From IMG/VR virus record IMGVR_UViG_3300021475_000019, positions 1 to 52,042 of that record: a stretch of DNA of 52,042 bases. One strand, 5' to 3'. The notes under the pieces are model-generated. The model did not search any database and was not told where the DNA came from. It saw only the letters and a list, made by a program, of their open reading frames with translations. Shown here in pieces: positions 35,267-44,947 of this stretch. Origin of the DNA: a virus. Taxonomy: Duplodnaviria; Caudoviricetes. The position numbers and the translations under genes are program-made. The stretch's first letter is position 1. Each line of letters opens with the position of its first letter.

Positions 35267-36223
35267 ATGAACCCAAAAAAACAAATCGCGCGCGCGATCA
35301 TGCAATGGCTGATGCTCGAACCCTTCGCCAACATGGACATGGGCCCGCCCAGGCAAGACGCTGACGGCAAATTCTTGCTCACGACGACCTATCGCTCGCG
35401 TGGCGAAGCAAGGCGAGCGCAGATCTTCCTCAGCGTCATCCAGACGACTATTGGCCAGCGAGCGGTGGCATGGTTATGGCGGGCGGCCGAGCTGCCGCTC
35501 CCCCCAGCGCCCAGAAATTGGCGCTCATGAGCGATCCCATCATCCGCACCCCCGACCCCGCCGAGGCCATGCGCGCCAAGTGCCAGAAGGTGGCGGACGA
35601 TGAGGCTGATCGTTGCGAGAAGGCAGCTAACCAGCCAGGGATGGAAAAGATCCCCGCCATGCAAGATGCGATTATGGGGTGCGCACGACGCGTCAGGGCC
35701 GTTGCCAACGCTATCGCCGCCCTGGGCTCGCCCACGCCTGACCCCGCCGAGGCCATGCGCGCCAAGTGCGAGGCGATTGCGCGGGAGGGGGAGTTCGCGT
35801 TCGACATCGACGTGTGGCTCAACTCCACCAAGAAGGAGATGACTGCGCGCGTCGCTCTCGCCATTGCCGACGCGATCGCCGCCCTCAAGGGCAATGGAGG
35901 GCCGGGGTGAGCTGCGAATGTCTGGCGCTGGTGATGAAGCTCACCGGAAAGCCCAAGCCATGACCGATCCCATCATCCACGATCCCGGCAACGAGCAACG
36001 CATCGACCGCGTGTACGTGTTCATGTCGATTGACGACCAGGGCATGAACGGCATCATCGCCTCGATCATACCCGCCATCGCAGCGGCCGGGCCTTTGGTC
36101 ACCGGCTCGCTGGGCGTCGCCGAATACATGAAAGGCCTCGCCCAGGAGGTCGCTGACAAGACGGGCAAGCCCGTCGGCATGTTCGCGTTCCGGCGCGAAA
36201 CGCAACTGTGGCAGACGGACTGA
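35267..36223 (+). CDS. Small hypothetical ORFs (35267-35530, 35527-35910 with internal duplication, 35960-36223)
   Basis: Coupled ORFs. TPDPAEAMRAKC occurs twice in the second ORF. Confidence 0.5.
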
Positions 36224-36627
36224 TGCCCTCGCCCGAAGATCGCGTCCGAAACGCCGAGTTCGCCAGACGGCTGAAGCTCATCATGGCCGAGCGCAACCTC
36301 ACGCAATCCGGCCTCGCCGAGCTAATCTGGCACCGGTACATCAACACCGAAGGCAAAAACGTCGCCAGAGGCCGCGACCGCGTTTCGGAGTGGGTGAACG
36401 GCAATGCTTTCCCCGACAAAAAGAACCTCGCGAAACTCGCCAAGGCGCTGAGGCTCAAAGTTTCCGACCTGTCGCCGGAACAGGAAACGAGAGTGGCGCA
36501 TCGGACCCCTGCGAGTTGGTCGGTCATCAAGCTGGACGATGGCCGAATATTTTTGCAGGCCGCCACATATCTCAAGCCTGCAATTGCAGCAGAGATAGCG
36601 CGTCTTTTGGTCGAGAATGACCAATGA
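36223..36627 (+). CDS. XRE-family HTH transcriptional regulator
   Basis: FARRLKLIMAERNLTQSGLA...VSEWVNGNAFP...LAKLAKAL. Confidence 0.85.
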   Translation: MPSPEDRVRNAEFARRLKLIMAERNLTQSGLAELIWHRYINTEGKNVARGRDRVSEWVNGNAFPDKKNLAKLAKALRLKVSDLSPEQETRVAHRTPASWSVIKLDDGRIFLQAATYLKPAIAAEIARLLVENDQ

Positions 36628-37074
36628 TCGAGACGGTCTGCGCAACCTGCGGGGCTGAACCCCTTCACAACACCATCCGCTGCGAGCAATGCGGCAAGCC
36701 GCTGGTGTTCGCGACCTCGTTCACCTGCCCGCTCTGCAAGGCCGTGAGCTACAACCTGAACGACATCGTCAACCGCTATTGCGGGCGCTGCCATGTGTTC
36801 GTCGATGACCCCATATTGACCCTGCCCACCACAGGAGACGCAGATGGATGAATTGCAAGAGACGGTCGAGACGCTGATCGAGCTGAACGAGCCGGAGACG
36901 ATCCTGCCGACGCTGCGACGCGCGGCCGAGCGCCAGAAGGGCGTGCGCTGGCAGCGACTGGCGCTCGTCCTGGGCGAGGCCGAGATCAAGCTCGACCAGC
37001 TCAACAACGCCAAACCCGCAGGCCCAGACTTTAGGCCGGAGGCAGAAGTTGATGCCGAGGCCGAGAAGGCGTAA
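36624..37074 (+). CDS. Zn-ribbon protein (36624-36851) and hypothetical protein (36844-37074)
   Basis: Four CxxC pairs in the first ORF. RBS AGGAG before the second. Confidence 0.55.
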
Positions 37075-37105
37075 GGTCGCCTCGCTCTGTTGAGGTCATG
37101 TTCTG

Positions 37106-37139
37106 GGGGCCGGGCTTCTCCATCCCGGCCCTTTTTCTT
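37106..37139 (+). terminator. Intrinsic terminator
   Basis: gggccggg...cccggccc followed by a T run. Confidence 0.7.
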
Positions 37140-37201
37140 GCGCGCACGGCACAAGCGATTGTGCTAAGAAATATAGTCAGCCCCAACCCGTAGGAGCTGA
37201 C

Positions 37202-37504
37202 ATGCCAACGCAACCGACGCAGCCCGCGCCGAAGCCCGCGCCGCAGCCGCAACCCGCACCACAGCCGAAGCCCGCCACGAAGCCGCCCGTCGACCCGCAG
37301 GAGGCCAAGCTTGAGGCGTTCAAGAGGCCTGAGGTCAACCTCCATCCAGACGGCCCGACCATCGCCGAGGAGCAACGCACCCGATCCGCCAAGCTCGAAG
37401 AGCAGGGCATGAAGAAATACCTCGACGGCATCGACGAGCGCACCGCCGACGAGAGGACCAACAAACAGGTGCCCGGCGTCGTGCCGCCCACCAAGAGGGA
37501 GTGA
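37202..37504 (+). CDS. Pro/Gln-rich hypothetical protein
   Basis: RBS AGGAG, ATG at 37202, good codon usage. Confidence 0.65.
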   Translation: MPTQPTQPAPKPAPQPQPAPQPKPATKPPVDPQEAKLEAFKRPEVNLHPDGPTIAEEQRTRSAKLEEQGMKKYLDGIDERTADERTNKQVPGVVPPTKRE

Positions 37505-37509
37505 CGGCG

Positions 37510-38064
37510 ATGACGTATCAGGTCGCCGACTTCGCGGGCCAAGTGCGCCTCAACGCGCTGATCCACTACGCCAACCCCAACCGGGCGGCCGAACTCACCG
37601 CCATCGCCACCGCGCTGGGCTCCGATCCCACCACCCACGACACGACGCTGCAGACCGCGCCCGCCGGATTGCGGCCGGGCAATGCAGCCAACACCAAGTT
37701 CACCAACGACATCCTCTTGGTCGTGAACTCCGGCAAGGCGGGCAATCTCACCAACGCGCAGATGGCGGCGGCGATCACCGCTGGCCTCGCCAACGAGCTG
37801 CCGCCGGTCAACACCGCCGCGCCCGTCGTGTCGGGCACGGGCACGGTGGGCTCGAACCTCACCGTGACCGGCGGCACGTGGAACTATTCGCCCACGTCCA
37901 GGGCCTACCAGTGGCGGCGCGGCGGCGCGAACATCGCAGGCGCGACCGGCATGGTCTACGCCCTGGTTGGGGCCGACAGCGGCACGAACGTGACCTGCGC
38001 CGAGATGGCGACCAATGCGGCCGGATCGGCGACCGCGATCTCCAACGCAATCGCGGTGACTTGA
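37510..38064 (+). CDS. Ig-like domain protein (possible virion decoration)
   Basis: PVNTAAPVVSGTGTVGSNLTV..GTW...AYQWRR...Y.LV.AD.G..VTC. Confidence 0.7.
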   Translation: MTYQVADFAGQVRLNALIHYANPNRAAELTAIATALGSDPTTHDTTLQTAPAGLRPGNAANTKFTNDILLVVNSGKAGNLTNAQMAAAITAGLANELPPVNTAAPVVSGTGTVGSNLTVTGGTWNYSPTSRAYQWRRGGANIAGATGMVYALVGADSGTNVTCAEMATNAAGSATAISNAIAVT

Positions 38065-38065
38065 C

Positions 38066-38902
38066 ATGGCGGTGACCGATCTGACTGACAGCCTGCCCTG
38101 GTGGGCGCGCGGCGGGGGCCCCACAGGAGGCCCTGGCGCGGCCCCACAGGGCTCTGGCGTGGGCGGCCAGCCTCCTCCCGGCATGAACCAGCAGGCGTGG
38201 CTGCAGTACCTCATGCAGATGTTCAACCCGATCTCATCCGCGAGCGCGGCCGAGGTCCCGCCCGACGACCATGGCGACGGCAACAACCCGCCCGTGTCGC
38301 CGGATCCGCGCCTGGGATCGAGCGTCACGGCGAACCCGTCGCCCATCACGGCGGCGCAAACCCAGCCTCCAGCGCCTGGAGGGCCTTCCATCCTGCCGCA
38401 GGCCAGAGGCGCAGCCAATCCGCCATTCCCGCCTGCACCCCCAGCCGCCGGGCCGTCGATCCTGCCCCAGGCGAGGGGCGTGGCTGTCCAGCCAGGGCCG
38501 ATGGCGCCGGGCTCGACAACCATGGCTGCTCCTGGCCCTGCCGCCGCTGCCGCCCCTGCAGCGCCCGTCCCTGGCCCGCTGGCGACCGGCGGCGCGACCG
38601 CGATGGGCGCCAGCTCGAACCCGCGCTTCGTCCAACTCGACCAGGGCCAGAACATCGATCCCACCGGACGCAATCGCGGCCCGCAGATGACCGCGCTCAA
38701 TCTCGCTGGCCTGTTCGGCGGCGGTGGAGCGCCAGCAGCGGGGGGCGCGCAGAACGTGCCTCTCAACCAGACGCCCATGCCGCCGCCTCGCCCAAGGGTC
38801 CCTGGCCCGCTCGCCAGCGCGCCGCTGCCGCCCACCATGCCTGACGACATTCGCCGTCGGCGCGCCATCCAGCTCGCCGCCGCGCGCAGCGGGTTTGCTT
38901 AA
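38066..38902 (+). CDS. Pro/Gly/Ala-rich hypothetical protein (virion-like)
   Basis: 278-aa ORF with composition like the ejection proteins. Confidence 0.55.
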   Translation: MAVTDLTDSLPWWARGGGPTGGPGAAPQGSGVGGQPPPGMNQQAWLQYLMQMFNPISSASAAEVPPDDHGDGNNPPVSPDPRLGSSVTANPSPITAAQTQPPAPGGPSILPQARGAANPPFPPAPPAAGPSILPQARGVAVQPGPMAPGSTTMAAPGPAAAAAPAAPVPGPLATGGATAMGASSNPRFVQLDQGQNIDPTGRNRGPQMTALNLAGLFGGGGAPAAGGAQNVPLNQTPMPPPRPRVPGPLASAPLPPTMPDDIRRRRAIQLAAARSGFA

Positions 38903-39847
38903 CCGTCGGGGTCCTTGGAATTGACCCATCCTTCGATGGTGCGGAAGGAGCGGCCGCGCTTGTCAAATACGCCGGAAACGCCCGGTTCGTGAAGCTCAAC
39001 GAATGTCTGCGACTTGTAGCCAAGTTGGTGGGCGCGGCATTTCGATACGCCGAGAAGAACGCCGATTTCACGGTAAGTCTTGCCCTCGCGGCGCCAAGCG
39101 ATGACTTGGCGCAGGCGCTCGATCTCCGCTTCGCGGTTGGCTTTCCGGTACCAGGGGACGGTCATGCCTGCTCCTTCGCCCGCCGGGTGATGGCCTTGAA
39201 GATGCAGTGGATTAAGAAGTCCACGACCGAGCGCATCTGCGCGATCTCCTTCTCGGCCTTCTTCTCGCTCATCGTCCCCTTGGCCACCCACTTCGGATAG
39301 CAACGCTGGCGCAGGGCCAGCTCGCGCCGAGCGCAGCCCAGGAGGTCGTTGAGGTCGACCTCATGCCACTCCATCGCCGGATCGCTGATCCGCACGATGG
39401 GCGTCCGATGGTCGTCCTGCTTCGGCCACTCCTTGGTCATGCGGCTTCACTCGCAAAATCAGGTTGAAGGTCTGGATCATCGCCATCGTGCAGAAGCGCA
39501 GTTGCTGGAGGCGCCCGGCGACCTCCAGCGGATTGCGCCGCTCGGTGGCGTCGAACAATTTCAGCGCATAGTCCTCGGCCAGCATCGCCACGCGCCCCAG
39601 CTCGTCGAACGCATCGCGGCGAAGCAGCTCGATCACTGATGGGTCGGGCGGTTCATCGGCCATCGACGAGCGCCTGCGCCAGCCGGTAGATGCGCCAGGA
39701 TGGCGCCTTAGGTCCGTCCGACCATTGGCGAATGTCCGCAGCGTCGCACAGAGCTTGTGCGAAGGCGGCGTCTATCGGCCTCGCGGGCGCGGCTAACGTG
39801 CGCTTACGTCGATGTTTAGGGAGTGGAAGATCGAAACTTGCTTGCAC
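38899..39847 (-). CDS. Small hypothetical ORFs (38899-39165 HTH-like, 39162-39440, 39361-39663, 39653-39847)
   Basis: Coupled minus-strand ORFs. GKTYREIGVLLGVSK HTH in the ORF ending at 38899. Confidence 0.5.
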
Positions 39848-40302
39848 TTGCTAACCTCTCTCCTGGGAGGGGGCCCGGCCCGCAGGGCCGCTCTGCACTT
39901 CGGTTCAGTCTGGGGGGCGGGCACACTTCGCCCTTCGACAGGACGAAGCGCGCTCTGCACTTTCGGACGAGCCGAGAGACGAGACACATCTGCCCAACAA
40001 CCTACGGGCCACACCGTGGCCCACGCGCCCAGGTCACCCGGTCTGACGCTCAGTTGCTGCTTCATGCGACGGCGGCGATGATGAGCTGGGCAGACAGCCG
40101 ATCATCACGTGCTGGTGGTTGCCCCCAGCGTCACTGTGTGTGCTTTTGCTCCACCCTGGTCTTACGTCCCAGGGATCGGCCTCAACGGGAGGCACGCTAT
40201 GTTTGGTCGGCACGCAAAGTTCTCCTGATCTCTGAAAACTGGCGTCTTCAAAGAGTTGTTAGTTTGTGTTACAGGCTGGCCGAGGTTGTCTGATCCACTC
40301 CT

Positions 40303-40350
40303 CAAAAACCTGAGCCTGGGCGGGGTTCGGCCAAATGACCCGCCCAGGTT
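40303..40350 (-). terminator. Probable intrinsic terminator
   Basis: cctgggcggg/cccgcccagg stem right after the stop at 40351, followed by TTTTT on the minus strand. Confidence 0.55.
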
Positions 40351-40818
40351 CTACTTCAGCACCTCCCTGGCGAACTCCATCATCTCCATCTCTTGGACGA
40401 TCTTGCCCCAGTGGCGCAGCGGGCCGATGGGCAACTTGACGCCGTCGGATAGACCGCCGTCGCCGCCGCCTCGGAAGCGATTGTTGCAGACCGGATCGTT
40501 CTCGAAATAGCGCGCGAGCCTGCGCAACACCGGGACCGGAAAGAGCAGGGTCGCGATAGTCTCGTCGCGGTGCCTCAGCTCATGCGCCCAAACGCTCGCC
40601 TCGGTCGCCATGATGCCCGACGGGCGGCCATTCCAGGCCGTCTCGATGCAGATGTTGCCGTAGTCCCACGGCTGGTGGCGCTCGCACTTGTGTTCAAACT
40701 TGCCGTCGAGCAGGAGACGGGCGAGCTGGTGTTCGTCGACCAGCGCGCGGTTGAGCTGGAAGTCGAACTTGCCATCGCCGTTGAAGGCGACGCGGTCGCT
40801 GTCGCGCACGTCGCTCAT
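40351..40818 (-). CDS. Hypothetical phage protein (PD-(D/E)xK-like possible)
   Basis: FEHK...GNICIET...PSGI..TEA..W.H motif. Confidence 0.55.
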   Translation of the reverse strand: MSDVRDSDRVAFNGDGKFDFQLNRALVDEHQLARLLLDGKFEHKCERHQPWDYGNICIETAWNGRPSGIMATEASVWAHELRHRDETIATLLFPVPVLRRLARYFENDPVCNNRFRGGGDGGLSDGVKLPIGPLRHWGKIVQEMEMMEFAREVLK

Positions 40819-41270
40819 GCGGCGATATCCTTGCCTTGCTTTGCCGCGCCATGCCGGGCATGGCCTCGCCCGGCGCCGCCTAGCCGTGCAACGCCGCTCG
40901 TAGCCGGGCAATGCACCGCCTGGACCTGCCTCCTCACAACATTCCAGTCCTCAAGCACGCGGATTGGTTCGTCGCGGCCCCGGCACACCGCGTAAGTGAC
41001 GCCTGCGCGGATCAGCGCGAGCTTGAACGCCTTCTGGTTGGGGGAGAGCCTGCCGCTTTCCGTCTTCAGCTCGATAAAGGCGGCGCCGAGTTTGGGGGCG
41101 ATGACGAGGAGGTCGAAGAGGCCCCTGGTGAGCCCTGCTTGCCCTGCCGCCCGTGCATTTGGGATGGCGGCGACCAGGGTGTCGGGGAGGCCAAATGTGC
41201 GCCAATGCGTCACCACAGCCTGCTGGATCAGGCTTTCGCGCGGCGCAAATATCTTTCGTTTCCGCGCCAT
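40815..41270 (-). CDS. VRR-NUC domain nuclease
   Basis: ESLIQ...IPN...G...G.FDL....FIELKT..GRLS..Q. The C-terminal extension is encoded by the pentamer array. Confidence 0.85.
   Translation of the reverse strand: MARKRKIFAPRESLIQQAVVTHWRTFGLPDTLVAAIPNARAAGQAGLTRGLFDLLVIAPKLGAAFIELKTESGRLSPNQKAFKLALIRAGVTYAVCRGRDEPIRVLEDWNVVRRQVQAVHCPATSGVARLGGAGRGHARHGAAKQGKDIAA
40831..40930 (-). repeat. GGC-NN array (20 units) on the minus strand
   Basis: Reverse complement reads ggcag gtcca ggcgg tgcat tgccc ggcta ... ggcaa agcaa ggcaa. Confidence 0.8.
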
Positions 41271-41278
41271 CGCAAGCC

Positions 41279-41605
41279 TCAGGCTGCTTTGAAGGTTTGC
41301 GGGGCGACTTTCTGCAGGTGCTTGATCAGACGCAGGCGCTCTCTGACCATCGGCAGGTCGCCGAACATCTCCAACCGAGCCTTGGGCGCGAGCAGCTCCA
41401 GCCAGCGCAACGTCAGACCGAGCGATGGCCTGCGGCGGCCCATCTCAATCGCCGTCACGTGCAGCCGGGTTACGCCGAGCCGCTGAGCGAACTCGGCCTT
41501 CTTCATGTCTGGGTAGAGCTGCTGACGCAGCATGATCAGTTCGTCGAGCGGCGGCTGATCTGGGTAGCGTTTGGGATTGTGCGCCATGAGCCAACATGGC
41601 TCCAT
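41279..41605 (-). CDS. XRE/Cro-like HTH regulator
   Basis: KAEFAQRLGVTRLHVTAIEMGRRRPS. Divergent from the erf operon. Confidence 0.8.
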   Translation of the reverse strand: MEPCWLMAHNPKRYPDQPPLDELIMLRQQLYPDMKKAEFAQRLGVTRLHVTAIEMGRRRPSLGLTLRWLELLAPKARLEMFGDLPMVRERLRLIKHLQKVAPQTFKAA

Positions 41606-41654
41606 GGTTCATCTTGCGTCAAGAGCAGATTGGCGTCATCCACAAGCAACGCGC

Positions 41655-41745
41655 CAATGTTAACTAGTTAACTGGGTCCGCGTAAACAAACTAACACACG
41701 CCACCGCGTAAACAACCTAACAACGCCCTGTTAGCTTACTAACGC
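41655..41745. promoter_or_regulatory. Divergent control region with four 14-bp operator-like sites
   Basis: GTTAACTAGTTAAC (41659), GTAAACAAACTAAC (41682), GTAAACAACCTAAC (41708), GTTAGCTTACTAAC (41730). Confidence 0.65.
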
Positions 41746-41833
41746 CGTACCTTCATCCACAAGTATTCGCACGGCTGATGATTGACATGGCGATGGCGCG
41801 GGGCCAACCTTTACCCTTTCCAGGAGCCTCGAC

Positions 41834-42682
41834 ATGAGCGATACTCAATCAGCGGCCGGGGTCCCTTACCAGTCGGTCGCTGCGCCGCCCTCGGAAACAG
41901 TGCCCCCTACTGCCGCGTCCGAGGGCGGCGGCCTGCTCGCCATGATCGAGCGGCTCGCCACCAATCCCGCTCTCAACGTCGAAGTGTTCGACCGGCTCCT
42001 GGCCGCCCGGCGATCCGAGGAGGACCGCGCGGCCGAGCGCGCCTTCAACGCCGCGATGAGCCAAGCGAAGGGGCAGCTCGCGCCGGTCCTCAAGACGCGC
42101 GACGTGGACTTCCAGAGCAACAAGCCGGGCGCGGCGCGCACCAAGTACAAGTACGAGAGCTTTGCCGATGTCGCGCGCGTCGTGGACCCAGTGTTCGCGG
42201 CGCATGGGCTCGCCTACCGCTTCGCCGTCGCGCAGGGCGGTGATCTGGTGAAGGTCACCTGCATCGTCAGCCACGCCGACGGCTACAGCGAGCGCGTCAC
42301 GCTGGAGAGCAAGGCGGACCCAGGCTCGACCGGCATGAGCTGGGTGCAGGCGCTGGGAAGCGCGTTGAGCTACTTGCAGAGATACAGTTTGCGCGCGGCG
42401 ATTGGCCTCGCCGCTGGCATCGACGATGACGGACGCGCTGCAGGCGGCTCGTCGCCCAGGATCACCGTCGATCAGGCGAACGACATGCAGCGCCTCATCG
42501 ACGAGAGCGGTCGCAGTCAGGCGACGCTGCTCAAGCTCATCGGCGTCGAGAACGTCGCCGAGATGAACCTCGACCAGTTCACGCGGGCGGCGCAGGTCCT
42601 CGATCTCGCCAGGGCAGAGCAGAAGCAGAAGCGCAAAGCCAACCCACCACCGGGGAACGACAATGCTCCAACAGGGAAGTGA
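41834..42682 (+). CDS. erf: ERF-family single-strand annealing protein
   Basis: YKYESFADV...P....HGL...H.DG...QALGSALSYLQRYSL.AAIGLAAG.DDDG. Confidence 0.88.
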   Translation: MSDTQSAAGVPYQSVAAPPSETVPPTAASEGGGLLAMIERLATNPALNVEVFDRLLAARRSEEDRAAERAFNAAMSQAKGQLAPVLKTRDVDFQSNKPGAARTKYKYESFADVARVVDPVFAAHGLAYRFAVAQGGDLVKVTCIVSHADGYSERVTLESKADPGSTGMSWVQALGSALSYLQRYSLRAAIGLAAGIDDDGRAAGGSSPRITVDQANDMQRLIDESGRSQATLLKLIGVENVAEMNLDQFTRAAQVLDLARAEQKQKRKANPPPGNDNAPTGK

Positions 42683-43304
42683 GGAGTGGCGCCAAGCGCG
42701 CTGCGGATCGATAGGCGCGTCCGACGCGCCGAGTGTCGTGCGCCGCACCAAGTCGGGCTACAGCGCGGATCGCGAGAGCCTGATGGCGAACAAGGTGCTG
42801 GAGCGCATCACCAACACGCCGGTCGAGATCTACAAGACCGCAGCCATGCAGCAGGGGACGGCGCGCGAGCCTGAAGCGCGCCTGCTCTACCAGATGGTGC
42901 GCGGCGTCGAGGTCGAAGAAGTCGGCCTCATCACCCACCCGCGCATCAACGGCACGCATGCGTCGCCTGACGGGTTCGTCCTGGCCCCCGGCGGCACCGC
43001 GATTGCGGGATTGGTCGAGCTTAAATGCCCGCTGCCCGCGAAGCATCTCGACACACTGCTCAACGAGACGATCAGCAACGATCATCTCACTCAGATGATG
43101 TGGCAACTGGCCTGCACCAGCCACTCCTGGTGCGACTACGTCAGCTACAGCAGCGACTTTCCGCCGCACATGCAGCTCTGGTGCAAGCGCGTCCATCGCG
43201 ACAACGCGCTCATCGCCGAGCTGGAGCGCGAGATCGCGCAGTTCATCAAGGAACTCGACCAGAAGGTCGAAAGGCTCTCGCGCCGCTACGCGGTGGCGGC
43301 GTGA
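42663..43304 (+). CDS. YqaJ / lambda-exonuclease family protein
   Basis: QGSEEWRQARCG.IGAS, AMQQGTAREPEAR, ASPDG, VELKCP, Q..WQL. Confidence 0.9.
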   Translation: MLQQGSEEWRQARCGSIGASDAPSVVRRTKSGYSADRESLMANKVLERITNTPVEIYKTAAMQQGTAREPEARLLYQMVRGVEVEEVGLITHPRINGTHASPDGFVLAPGGTAIAGLVELKCPLPAKHLDTLLNETISNDHLTQMMWQLACTSHSWCDYVSYSSDFPPHMQLWCKRVHRDNALIAELEREIAQFIKELDQKVERLSRRYAVAA

Positions 43305-43308
43305 GGAC

Positions 43309-43503
43309 GGCGGGCCAAGGCTCTGCGGGGTTTGGCAATGCCTGGAACGGCTATGCTCGGCGAGGCATCGCAAGGCGCGGCTTGGCGAGGCGGGTCGGGG
43401 CAGTCCCCGGCTCGGCAGCGCCATGCGCGGCCGGGCAGAGCGCGGCATGGCTAGGCGCGGCGTAGCAGGGACCGGCGCAGCATGGTGCTGCGAGGCGAGG
43501 TTT
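43309..43503 (+). repeat. GGC-NN pentamer array B1 (39 units)
   Basis: Perfect 5-nt phase. First 10 units equal A1; the rest differ. Confidence 0.9.
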
Positions 43504-43522
43504 AACAACGAAGGGAAAGCGA

Positions 43523-44119
43523 ATGTTTATCACCATCGAAATTCAAGGCATCACTCCTCTGATCTGCAACCGTTTTACCGACGAGGCGGCGATGGCCTCG
43601 ACCAATGGCGACCGGGGCTCGTCGGCTGGGATGGATCGCGGCACGCCGCTGGAGATCGCAGCGTCGAAGCTCTACGTCGGCGCCGACGGCAAGCCGATGA
43701 TCCCGTCGCCCAACCTGCTGCGCTCCATCGTCGACGGCGGCGCGCACACCAAACTTGGAAAAAAACAAGTCACGACGGCGCGTTCGTCGCTGCTGTACGC
43801 CTGCCTGTCGATTGAGGCGGCCGAGGTCGAGATCATCAACGAGCAACCGTGGAAGGTTGACACGCGCCCGGTGCGCATCCCCTCGACCGGCGGTCGCATC
43901 CTCTGCCATCGGCCCATGTTCGATGATTGGAAGCTCGCGTTCGAGGTCGAACTCGACACGACAATTTTGAACGCGAAGCTCCTGCGGCAGATCGTCGATG
44001 ACGCGGGCAAGCGCGTCGGGCTGGGCGACTTCCGGCCGGTCTGCAAGGGGCCGTTCGGCAAGTACAACGTCGTGCGATGGGCCGAGCAGCAGGCCCAGCC
44101 GACGCGACTGGCGGCGTGA
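43523..44119 (+). CDS. Cas7-like / RAMP-fold protein (Vipr-like), allele B
   Basis: Same motifs as 429-1025, with about 11 aa differences out of 198 by manual comparison. Confidence 0.8.
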   Translation: MFITIEIQGITPLICNRFTDEAAMASTNGDRGSSAGMDRGTPLEIAASKLYVGADGKPMIPSPNLLRSIVDGGAHTKLGKKQVTTARSSLLYACLSIEAAEVEIINEQPWKVDTRPVRIPSTGGRILCHRPMFDDWKLAFEVELDTTILNAKLLRQIVDDAGKRVGLGDFRPVCKGPFGKYNVVRWAEQQAQPTRLAA

Positions 44120-44120
44120 A

Positions 44121-44390
44121 GGCACGGCAAGGCTCTGCATGGCCCAGCGCGGAACGGCAGGGCAGGGCGAGGCCCGGCTCTGCGGGGCAAGGCAAGGCTA
44201 TGCGAGGCAGGGCAGGGCGGGGCCGGGCTAGGCGAGGCGTAGCGAGGCAGGGCACGGCGCGGACTGGCTAGGCGAGGCGAGGCAACGCGAGGCTAGGTTG
44301 GGCAACGCGGCGCGAGGCTAGGCTAGGCACGGCTGGGCAACGCGGCGCGAGGCGCGGCATGGCATGGCCCGGCGAGGCGGCGCAAGGCAA
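44121..44390 (+). repeat. GGC-NN pentamer array B2 (54 units)
   Basis: 270 nt in unbroken 5-nt phase starting 2 nt after the stop codon, ending cgcaa ggcaa gg. Confidence 0.92.
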
Positions 44391-44452
44391 GGAACTTTGA
44401 AATCCATGACCCCAAACATCCACCCAAAACCTATTAGCCCAGGCTGACGCCC

Positions 44453-44947
44453 ATGTTTTGTTTCACGTGGAATGGCTCGGCGATGGTCCCGATGAGGGCC
44501 CAGGCGGCGGCCAAGGCCTACGTCGAGGGCCGCCGGTACTGGCTGGAACAGGCGTCCGAGCGGAGCTGGATCTCCCACCAGCAGCAGTTCGCCTGGATCG
44601 GCGAGGCCTGGGCCAATCTGCCCGAAGGCCTCGCCGAGACATTCCCGTCGCCGGAGCATCTGCGCAAGGCGGCGCTGATCGCCACCGGCTGGCATCGCGA
44701 GACGATCATCGACTGCGGGAGCCGAACGGCGGCGGCGCGCGTTGCGGCCTTCGCGCGGAACGAGGATGAGTTCGCGCGGGTCATCGTGCGAGGCCCGACG
44801 GTGGTGGTGCAGAAGGCGCGCTCGCAGCGCATGCACGGCCTCGACCGCATGGACAAGGCCGAGTTCGAGCGGTCGAAGGCCGACATCCTGGGCTGGATCT
44901 CCGAATTGATCGGCGTCACGCCTGAGCGGCTCAGGGGGGCGGCGTGA
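44453..44947 (+). CDS. NinB/DUF1367-like phage protein, allele B
   Basis: Homologue of 1251-1745. Confidence 0.55.
   Translation: MFCFTWNGSAMVPMRAQAAAKAYVEGRRYWLEQASERSWISHQQQFAWIGEAWANLPEGLAETFPSPEHLRKAALIATGWHRETIIDCGSRTAAARVAAFARNEDEFARVIVRGPTVVVQKARSQRMHGLDRMDKAEFERSKADILGWISELIGVTPERLRGAA

Larger units (their letters stand above)
1..43234. mobile_element. Temperate podovirus-like phage genome unit (~43.2 kb), alphaproteobacterial host
   Basis: Contains terminase, portal, capsid, tail, lysis, integrase and recombination genes and no host housekeeping genes. Sequence at position 1 recurs at 43,235. Confidence 0.92.

Noticed and set aside
37177-38868. Long antisense ORFs (e.g. 37177-38868, 25165-26409, 22804-24054, 47176-48558, 2208-3422)
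   Set aside because: Shadow frames of real genes in high-GC DNA with no domain motifs.
44121-44390. Simple microsatellite or G-quadruplex tract
   Set aside because: Positions 4-5 vary widely across units rather than homogenising, and sister arrays have promoters and hairpins. G4 formation is not excluded but does not explain the pattern.
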